Shown in pieces: positions 55,983 through 64,000 of a DNA stretch of 64,000 nucleotides. The notes beneath the pieces are model-generated. The model did not search any database. It had not been told where the DNA came from and worked only from the letters and a program-made list of their open reading frames with translations. Every line of letters starts with the position of its first letter. Within the stretch, counting starts at the first letter, position 1. The stretch spans positions 904,804 to 968,803 of the forward strand of contig CAVVMW010000021.1 of assembly GCA_963749495.1 (NCBI GenBank), in the 5' to 3' direction. Origin of the DNA: an uncultured bacterium. Its GTDB lineage: Bacteria; Verrucomicrobiota; Verrucomicrobiia; Limisphaerales; UBA8199. A program made the position numbers and the translations under genes.

Positions 55983-58604
55983 ATGAACTCAACAACTCGA
56001 CTTGGAATGTCTAAAGGGGAGGGCAAGAGGATTATGAACGCAGGGCGCTTCAACTCCGGGCCCGGATTCCAGCCTGGCATTTGCGGCAAGGGCTTGTCTG
56101 GACTCCTTCACCAACCAACCGCGCTGGTGTTGCTGGCGGGATTGCTCGCCTGGTTGGGATGGCACCCGGGAGCCGCCGCCGCCCAATTGCCCGCCGGGAC
56201 CGTTGTCACTTGGGGCTGGCAGCGGCTCCCCCTGATTGCCCCCGGCACACGGTTTAAGCTAATCGCCGCAGGAGGGGGTCACGACCTGGCCCTCACGCAG
56301 GACGGGGCGGTCGTTGGGTGGGGAAACAACAACGTCGGGCAAGCAGATCCTCCCAACGGTCTAACCGACGTGGTTGCCCTTGCCGCGGGATGCGACCACA
56401 GCCTGGCGCTCAAGGAGGACGGCACGGTCGCAGCTTGGGGCAATCCCGACTGCGGCCTGACGAACGTGCCAGCAGCCCTGTCCAGGACCAAGGTGGTTGC
56501 CATTGCGGCGGGATGCAATCACTGCCTGGCCCTCACGCAGGAGGGGACCGTTGTCGCGTGGGGGGCCAATGAACTGGGCCAGACAAACGTGCCCGCAGGT
56601 CTCAGTGGCGTGATGGGCATTGGGGCGGGAAGCTGTTACAGTCTGGCGCTGAAGCGGGACGGGACGGTGGTCGCCTGGGGCGACAACACGTATGGCCAGA
56701 CACAGGTGCCTGACGGCTTGGGCGGTGTGATCGCAGTCGCGGCCGGTGGCGAGTTCAGTCTGGCGCTCAAGCAGGACGGGACGGTGGTGGCCTGGGGGTC
56801 TGTATCCGAAGGCCAGACTTGGCTCCCTGCGCGAGTGCCGTCCAACTTGTCACAAACCAGGGCGGTCGCCATCGCCGCGGCGGGCCTCCATGCTCTGACG
56901 CTCGCGGAGGACGGAACGGTGCTCGCCTGGGGATGCGACGGCTTGAGCCCAGCCGCGCCGCCGCCCGAGATGTTGGGACGCAAGGCAATTGCCGTTGCGG
57001 CTTGCGGCTCTCATGACCTGGCGATCACGCAGGACGGAACCATCGTCGCCTGGGGAAGCAATACTTCGGGCGAGGGGATGGCGCCCGGCGCTTTGAGCGG
57101 GGTGGTCGCCCTTGCGGCGGGGGCTTACCACAGCCTGGCGATCAGACAGGACGGAACGGTCGCCGCCTGGGGATCCGACACGTCTGGCCAGACGGACGTT
57201 CCCAACGATCTGGGCGGCGTGATCGGCGTGGCGGCGGGCTTCGCCCACAGCCTTGCACTCCAGCAGGATGGCGCCGTCCTCGCCTGGGGCGCGGGAGGGC
57301 CGGGACAATCCGGAGCTGACAATTATGGCCAGTCGGTCGTTCCCAGCGGTTTAGGCGGCGTGACTGCCATCGCGGCAGGGTGGCGGCACAGCCTCGCGCT
57401 CCGGCAGGACGGCACGGTCGTCGCCTGGGGGGACAATACGTACGGCCAAACGGCGGTGCCGCAGGGTCTGCGCGGTGCCAGTGCTGTCGCGGCCGGAGGC
57501 ATGCACAGTCTGGCGCTCCAGCAGGATGGAACCGTCGTCGCCTGGGGCAGCTTCTACGACGGCCAGAACTATGTCAACATGACCGTGCCGGCTGACGTGT
57601 CGCGGGGCGAGGTGGTCGCCATCGCCGCCGGAGACAACCACAGTATGGCGCTCCTGCAGGACGGGACGGTCGTTACGTGGGGCAACGTGACCGGGGCGAC
57701 CAATGTGGTGCGGATGCCGCCTGGTTCCTCGGGAAACAGCTTCACGGCCATTGCGGCTGGAGGCGATCACGACCTCGCCCTCAGACAAGACGGAGCGATT
57801 GTTGCCTGGGGAGACAACATCTATCGCGAGTCGACCGTGCCGCTCGACTTGTCGGGGATTACGGCGGTGGCCGCCGCTGGGGCAAGCCAATACAGCATGG
57901 CTCTGCTGTGTCCCCAGCCGTTGATTACCGCGTCCCCACTGACTCAAACCGCCGAAGCGGGGTCCGCAGCGGGCCTTGGTGTCGTGGCTGGTGGCGTCCC
58001 GCCGTTGACCTATCAATGGGTTTGGGACAGCACCAATGTGCTGGTGGGCGCGACCAACTCCTTCCTGGTCCTGACGAACCTCCGGTTTCTCCAGTCGGGC
58101 GATGCTTACACCGTGACCGTCACCAATGCCTGGGGGGCTGTGACCAGCGAAACCGCTATCCTGAGCGTCATTCCGCCCGTTCCGAGGAGGACAGTTCCGA
58201 TGCTCCACCTGACCGGTGACCTGGGCAGCTTCCTGCACCTGGATTATGCGGACGCGCTGGCGCGTAGCCCCGCCTGGCAGGCCCTCGACGCCCTCACCCT
58301 GACCAACTCCCCTCAGCTTTACCTCGACCTGACGGACCCGGTCCGGCCGAACCGGTTCTACCGCGCCTGGCAGACCAACCTGCCGCACGCGTGGCCCGCA
58401 ATCAACATTGGCATGGCCACCGAGATTCCGCTCACGGGCCCCATCGGCGGCTCGGTGCGCATTGACTATATCAACCAGTTCGGCCCCACCAACGCCTGGG
58501 TGACGCTGGACACGGTGCTGCTGACCAACGACCCGCAACTGTATTTCGATACCACGGCCTTCCAGCAACCCACACGGCTCTATCGCTTGGTGCCCGTCCC
58601 GTAG
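55983..58604 (+). CDS. Array gene 6: double RCC1 propeller + Ig + tandem RFYR/LYR tail
   Basis: RCC1 repeats; tail homologous to gene 3 (INQFGPT.AW..QLYFD..RLYRLVPVP); alternative start ATG 56034. Confidence 0.92.
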   Translation: MNSTTRLGMSKGEGKRIMNAGRFNSGPGFQPGICGKGLSGLLHQPTALVLLAGLLAWLGWHPGAAAAQLPAGTVVTWGWQRLPLIAPGTRFKLIAAGGGHDLALTQDGAVVGWGNNNVGQADPPNGLTDVVALAAGCDHSLALKEDGTVAAWGNPDCGLTNVPAALSRTKVVAIAAGCNHCLALTQEGTVVAWGANELGQTNVPAGLSGVMGIGAGSCYSLALKRDGTVVAWGDNTYGQTQVPDGLGGVIAVAAGGEFSLALKQDGTVVAWGSVSEGQTWLPARVPSNLSQTRAVAIAAAGLHALTLAEDGTVLAWGCDGLSPAAPPPEMLGRKAIAVAACGSHDLAITQDGTIVAWGSNTSGEGMAPGALSGVVALAAGAYHSLAIRQDGTVAAWGSDTSGQTDVPNDLGGVIGVAAGFAHSLALQQDGAVLAWGAGGPGQSGADNYGQSVVPSGLGGVTAIAAGWRHSLALRQDGTVVAWGDNTYGQTAVPQGLRGASAVAAGGMHSLALQQDGTVVAWGSFYDGQNYVNMTVPADVSRGEVVAIAAGDNHSMALLQDGTVVTWGNVTGATNVVRMPPGSSGNSFTAIAAGGDHDLALRQDGAIVAWGDNIYRESTVPLDLSGITAVAAAGASQYSMALLCPQPLITASPLTQTAEAGSAAGLGVVAGGVPPLTYQWVWDSTNVLVGATNSFLVLTNLRFLQSGDAYTVTVTNAWGAVTSETAILSVIPPVPRRTVPMLHLTGDLGSFLHLDYADALARSPAWQALDALTLTNSPQLYLDLTDPVRPNRFYRAWQTNLPHAWPAINIGMATEIPLTGPIGGSVRIDYINQFGPTNAWVTLDTVLLTNDPQLYFDTTAFQQPTRLYRLVPVP

Positions 58605-58664
58605 CACACGTTTTCCGGCCATCCCTACGAGGCTCAACCACCAACCTCCAGACGCGACTGAACT

Positions 58665-59957
58665 ATGAAACGCACGACTCCCAATCGGTTAGCGGGCATG
58701 TTCCTGGCTTTCCTTGCCCTGGCGGCGACCACCCGGGCCGCAGCACAGGAGTACACCTTTGTCACCCTGGCCGGCCCCGACGAGAGTCCTGGGGCCATGG
58801 ACGGCACGGGCAGCGCCGCACGGTTCAGCGGCCCATACAGCGTGGCGGTGGACAGCGCCGGCAACGTCTATGTGGCGGACGCCTGGAACGACACGATTCG
58901 GAAGGTGACGCCGACCGGGCTGGTGACGACCCTGGCGGGCCTGGCGGGAAACCAGAGCAGCGCCGACGGCACCGGTAGCGCGGCGCGGTTCAGCGGTCCA
59001 TCCGGCGTGGCGGTGGACAGCGCCGGCAATGTCTTTGTGGCCGACTCGGGCAACAACACGATTCGGAAGGTGACGCCGGACGGGGCGGTGACGACCCTGG
59101 CGGGCCTGGCGGGGTACGGCAACTCGGGGAGCGCCGACGGCACAGGCAGCGCGGCGCGGTTCTACTGTCCATGGGGCGTGGCGGTGGACAGCACCGGCAA
59201 CGTCTTTGTGGCCGATAACTACAACAACACAATCCGGAAGGTGACGCCAGCCGGCGTCGTCACGACCCTGGCGGGCCTGGCGGGAAGTTCGGGCAGCGCC
59301 GCGCGGTTCAACGGTCCATCAGGCGTGGCGCTGGACAGCGCCGGCAATGTCTATGTGGCGGACACGGGCAACAACACGATCCGAAAGGTGACGCCGGCCG
59401 GGGTCGTGACGACGCTGGCGGGCCTGGCGGGGTATAATGCCAGCGCCGACGGCACCGGCATCGCGGCGCGGTTCAACTCCCCATGCGGCGTGGCGGCAGA
59501 CAGCTCTAACAACCTCTATGTGGCCGATTTCGCGGGCACGATTCGGAAGGTGACACCGGCCGGCCTGGTCACGACCCTGGCGGGGTTGGCGGGAAGCTGG
59601 GCCAGCGCCGACGGGACGGGCCGCGCGGCGCGATTCAACGGTCCATCCGGCGTGGCGGTGGACAGCGCCGGCAACGTCTATGTGGCGGACACCTTCAACT
59701 ACACGATTCGGAAGGTGACGCGAGACGGGGTGGTAACGACGCTGGCGGGCCTGGCGGGAAGCTGTGGCAGCGCCGACGGCCCAGGCAGTGCGGCAGGGTT
59801 CTACCAGCCGGCGGCTGTGGCCGTGGACAGCGCCGGTAACGTCTATGTGGCGGACACTTACAACGACATGATTCGGAAGGTGACGCCAGCCGGGGCGGTG
59901 ACGACGCCGCTCGGCCGGGCGGAGAATTGGGGCTGCAGCGACGGCACGGGTTCGGCC
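58665..59957 (+). pseudogene. Array gene 7: secreted NHL-repeat protein, 3'-truncated
   Basis: Signal peptide; F.GPSGVAVDSAGNVYVADT.N.TIRKVTP.G.VTTLAG repeats; breaks at DGTGSA into RND sequence. Confidence 0.85.
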
Positions 59958-61530
59958 CATCGCGACGGCAGCGGGCATCACCGGTTTGTTCCTCTTGAGT
60001 CTGGCCGTTTATCCGCTCATCGGCAAGGCATACTTCCCGAGGACCGATCCAGGTCAGTTTATGATCAACGTCAAGGCGCCAACCGGGTTACGTCTGGAAT
60101 TGACCGAAAAGCTCGTTAGCCGGGTCGAGCAGATCGTGCGGGAGGTCGTTCCGAAAGAGGATATCAAGATCGTCGTGGCCAACATCGGTGTCACCCCGGG
60201 CTTCTCCTCCATCTACACGCCCAACTCGGGGCCGCACACCGCGTTTGTCCAGGTCGGCCTTCAACCGCACGCTCACCAGAGCTCCTTCGAGTACATGGGG
60301 CTTGTGCGCCAGCGGGTCAAACGAGAACTGCCCGAAGTGACTGCCTATTCCCGCACCGGCGGCCTAGTGGGCGCCATCCTCGACCTAGGGATGCCCGCCC
60401 CGATGGACATAGCCGTCAGCGGCATGGACCTGAACGCCGCGCACGCAACCGCGAGCCAAATCGCGCAGAAGGTCCGCCGCCTCCCCGGCGTGAGTGACGT
60501 GCTGGTCCCGCAAGACATGGATTACCCGGCCTTGAAACTGGACATTGATCGCGTGCGGGCGGATCAATTGGGCTTGAGCGCCAAAGAGGCGGTGAGCAGT
60601 ATCATCGCGGCACTCACTTCAGATGCGATGATCGCCCCCAGCTATTGGGTGGATCCCAAAACCGGCAACGATTACTTCCTCACCGTGCAATACCCCGAGG
60701 ACTACGTGACGAATCTGCTGGATCTCGGTTCGCTGCCGCTGCGGGCGGCGCACTTGCTCAAGACGACCCGGCTGGATAGCCTCAGCGAGGTCTCGCGCTC
60801 CAAGGCGCCGACCGAAGTGGATCATTACCAATTGCGGCGGGTCGTGGATGTTTACGTGGCGCCGAACGGCGAGGACCTCCAGGGAGTCTATGACGGCGTG
60901 CAGAAGGTGATTGACCAGACGCCCCTGCCCGAAGGGGTGCGGGTGAAGGTGCGAGGCTCGGTGCAAGCCATGCGCACCTCGTTCAAGAGTTTCGGGCTCG
61001 GGCTGATTCTGGCCACGCTGTTGGTCTATCTCATCCTGGCCGCACAGTTCGAGTCGTTCCTGGACCCACTGCTGATCCTGCTGGCGGTGCCGACCGGGTT
61101 GACCGGCGTTTTGCTGATGCTCTGCCTCACCGGCACCACCGTGAACGTCATGTCGTTGATGGGGGTGGTAATGATGGTGGGCATCGTGGTGTCCAACAGC
61201 ATCCTCATCGTCGAATTTACGCGCCGCCTCCGAAGAGAGGGAAAGCCGTTGCGTGAAGCCGTCTCACTGGCGTGCCGGGTGCGCCTGCGTCCGGTCTTGA
61301 TGACATCGCTGGCGACGCTCATAGGGTTGCTGCCTCTGGCGGCCAAGCTGGGCACCGGCAGCGAGGCCTATGCTCCTTTGGCGCGCGCCATCATCGGAGG
61401 TTTGGCGGCCTCGGTGGTGCTGACCGTGTTCATCGTCCCCGCCGCGTATTATGCCATTTATCGTCAACGCCAGCCCAGCCCGCCGGAAGGGGGAGCCCAA
61501 GCCGCCAGCGAACCTCATGGAGCGACTTGA
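59953..61530 (+). pseudogene. C-terminal half of an AcrB/CzcA-type RND efflux permease
   Basis: RPIAT..FPRTDPGQF, LVYLILAAQFES, GIVVSNSILIVEF, RLRPVLMTSLAT, YAPLARAIIGGL; N-terminal half missing. Confidence 0.9.
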
Positions 61531-61604
61531 GAGGCAAACCTGCACAGTTAACGCTTACCATGGTAGTCCGTGTGAACTAATCCCATCGATCTGGTCATTT
61601 AACC

Positions 61605-63265
61605 TCAGCGATGGCCACCGCCACCGCCGCCGTTGCCGCCACCACTGAAGCCACCTCCATGGGATCCACCTCCGAAGGAACCGCCGCCGCCGTGAAATCC
61701 ACCGCTGAAACCGCCTGTGTGAGAGCCACCCCCAAATGAGCCTCCGCGGTACTCACCAAAAGACCCGAACGATCCACCGCCGCCAAAACCCCCGGAAAAT
61801 GAACCGCCACTGTAATAGCGAGGGACCGAGGCCATCGGCACGCTATCGGGCCGGCTTCCCCCGGAAAACGGTGCCTGGCGATACCCGCCGAAAGAGCTTC
61901 CACTTGGCAGCGCCCAAGCCGTGCCTCGACTCGTTTCTGCGCTGTTTTGGCGCTCGGCCGAGGTCCTGAGACGAGCAGACCCCCCGCGGTTTTCAAAGGC
62001 GCTGGCCTGAGCGGACTGGACATTCCGACTGGTGGCGGAGGTCGAACCTGGCTGGCGGGCTCCACTCCACCATGGCGCGCCTGTGCTCGCCGTTGTCAGA
62101 GCTGCCCGGCCTTGGGAAGCCTGGTGAGCCGACTGCATCATCGAAAGGTTCGGCCGAGCTGGCGTCCCAAAGAAGGTGTTCCCACGATGAGGATCATGGT
62201 GCCAGACTACCGGGTTACCTGCATGGCCCCCAGCTCCCGTGCGGCCCCCATCACCGCCGTGCTCGAAGCGGCCGCCATGACCGAAATCCCTGTCGTGGTG
62301 GAAATGGTGAAAATCGTCAAAACCACCAAACAAGCACACCGTCCCGAACGGAACGAAGCCGCATCCACCCCAGAAGCCACAGGGCTGCCACCAGCACCAG
62401 GGCGTGGGCGCAAGCCAGCCTGGACCCCAATCATAACAGGTCCTCGGGCGCCCAGTCATAGTACGGACCCGCATAATTCCGGATAGTAATCGGGTGCAGG
62501 CGCAGGCGCTGCGTAGCCCAATGGCGCGACCAGGTCGCTCTCCGACGCGGCTTGAGGCGCCAGCGGAGCCACGGGCGCAGTCGGGACCAGCGGCGCATCC
62601 GGGAATCTGGAGCGCGGGCGCATATTGCCCTGGCGCAACCGGGGGTGGTGCGGCTTGGCCAGGCGCAGACTGGGCTGGCTGCTGTTCCGGTTTGGTTTGG
62701 GCCTGGTATGCCTTGCAGGCGGTCTCGTAAGCGCCGGTGAAAGCGATTTGTTTGGCCAATAGAGCCGAACTTTGGCCAGGCCGTGCTTGGCATGTTCGGA
62801 GAGTGCCGTCTTGTCGGCCTTGAGGTCGTACCAGGCGACCAACTCACCGGCCGTGTGCGCGACGAACTGGTTCTCGGGAGCAAACTGGCCCGCCAGATTG
62901 ATGGCGGAGACCGCCTCTGGCATCTGCCCCCGGCGGGCAGCCACGTAGGCGACTACACCCCAGGCTAAGCCGTTGCTGAACTGCAGGGACGTGAGCATTC
63001 GGGCCTGATGATACGCCATTTCCTGGAGGCCCAGATCGACCATCCGGGCAACGTAGGCCTCATAGAGCTTAGCGTCGTAGCGGTCGAGGGCGATGCCGTT
63101 GGCGTAGGCGCTTACGACGGCTGAGGGATCGGGCGCTTGCTGGATGGCTTCGATGGCAGGGGCGTCGGCCGGGGTGGAAGCGGATTCCGCCCCCCCGGCC
63201 CGCGCTGTCGCCAGCGCACAACAGAAAACCAACCAAATACTCGCGGGTCTCGGCCAGGTTTTCAT
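61605..63265 (-). CDS. Secreted hypothetical protein: helical/TPR-like N-domain, Pro/Tyr-rich linker, His/Gly-rich tail; apparent frameshifts
   Basis: Signal MKTWPRPASIWLVFCCALATARA; ORFs 62456-63337 and 61605-62759 overlap; ends FHGGGG..GGGHR. Confidence 0.65.
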
Positions 63266-63558
63266 GGCTCTCGGCCTTTCACAGGAATCGTTGTGGGCGA
63301 GCAGATGCTTGTAGCGATCCGGCGTCATTGTATTCATAGTCCTTGCGCCAGGAACACGGTTTGATTGTCCCGTCTCTCGCGTCTAGCTTTGGGTATGCCA
63401 AGCGCAACAGAACCCAATTTCCGTCGTTTTTCAGGGTTTCCTGATCGTTTGAAACGAGAAGGGGCTTCCACTGGTGGCACGTCCGGTGCCACCAATGGTC
63501 TAAAGCGAACCACTTGACGGTTTCTTCCGTCTCTGGCCACCCAACTGGCGGCCCTGGC

Positions 63559-63825
63559 TCAGCGCAGGTTCAGACGGCCGAAAAGCCACACTTTGAGCCA
63601 GTCGAGGCGGGCGAAATAGACGATCCCTGCTCCCGCTACGCCTAAAAGAAATGCCGCGCTGAGCGCGGGCATGAGGATGCCGCCGAGCACAAGAATCGCG
63701 GTGACGCCCAGGCCCAAGAGCGATCTGCCTAACAGGAAGCGGTTGGGCTGCGACCGCCAATAGTGCCCCCTATCCCACAGGAGACAGATCCCGGCCTGCG
63801 AGCTGAGGATTAACGTCGCAAACAT
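63559..63825 (-). CDS. Small membrane protein
   Basis: 88 aa with 2-3 hydrophobic segments. Confidence 0.4.
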   Translation of the reverse strand: MFATLILSSQAGICLLWDRGHYWRSQPNRFLLGRSLLGLGVTAILVLGGILMPALSAAFLLGVAGAGIVYFARLDWLKVWLFGRLNLR

Positions 63826-63958
63826 GAGGGTTTGCGATCCCGCGAGGAAGCTCCTGGTAAAGCCGGCGTTCGGAAATGAATCCGTTAGCCCCTTGAGCCT
63901 GACAGGTTGCCCGTGCGTCGTCCGAGTCGTCGCCTGTGATCATGATCGCCCGGGTCAT
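63770..63958 (-). pseudogene. C-terminal fragment of a response-regulator receiver domain
   Basis: AIMITGDDSDDARATCQAQGANGFIS matches the receiver beta4-alpha4-beta5 pattern; upstream residues do not. Confidence 0.45.
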
Positions 63959-64000
63959 GACGCGGACCCGACCTTCTGACTCGGGAGCGCGTTGGACGGA

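Noticed and set aside
38514..58604. Diversity-generating retroelement acting on duplicated C-termini
   Set aside because: No reverse transcriptase in the window; all copies are coding and differences are not adenine-specific as far as I inspected.
58760..59950. Regular ~165-bp repeats resembling an array
   Set aside because: These are NHL protein-coding repeats; no repeat-spacer structure and no cas genes. The same applies to the WD40, RCC1 and Gloeo_Verruco repeats.

Overview
High-GC bacterial DNA, probably Verrucomicrobiota (Pedosphaera/Limisphaera-like). This is inferred from Gloeo_Verruco repeats, C-terminal 'RFYR' domains, a kinase-WD40 protein and a GYF-cNMP protein. Many long genes are split by single-base indels that can be rejoined by eye, so the contig probably carries long-read errors. 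The window has four blocks. (1) 1-15.1 kb: a putative glucan locus with a 5'-partial giant (>2800 aa) membrane protein (CBM-like + degenerate (alpha/alpha)6 GH-like + divergent processive GT2-like synthase), a secreted clan GH-A hydrolase, a eukaryote-type UDP-glucose pyrophosphorylase and a GYF-cNMP protein, converging on a Ser/Thr kinase-WD40 gene. (2) 18.6-28 kb: decayed mobile region with gene remnants, DUF932, hairpins/REP doublets, a truncated AIPR between 22-bp direct repeats, and a fully delimited four-gene IS21-like element. (3) 28-38 kb: a tRNA-fMet 3' fragment with terminator and arm-like repeats (att site), a TPR-HExxH protein, IS remnants, an IS5, a GH20 fragment, an ISL3 and a tyrosine recombinase. 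(4) 38.5-60 kb: seven co-oriented modular secreted-protein genes (RCC1, Gloeo_Verruco, LRR, NHL, Ig, beta-helix, RFYR tails) with conserved inter-gene junctions. The last gene is fused to half an RND transporter. No CRISPR array, rRNA, reverse transcriptase or intact tRNA was seen.
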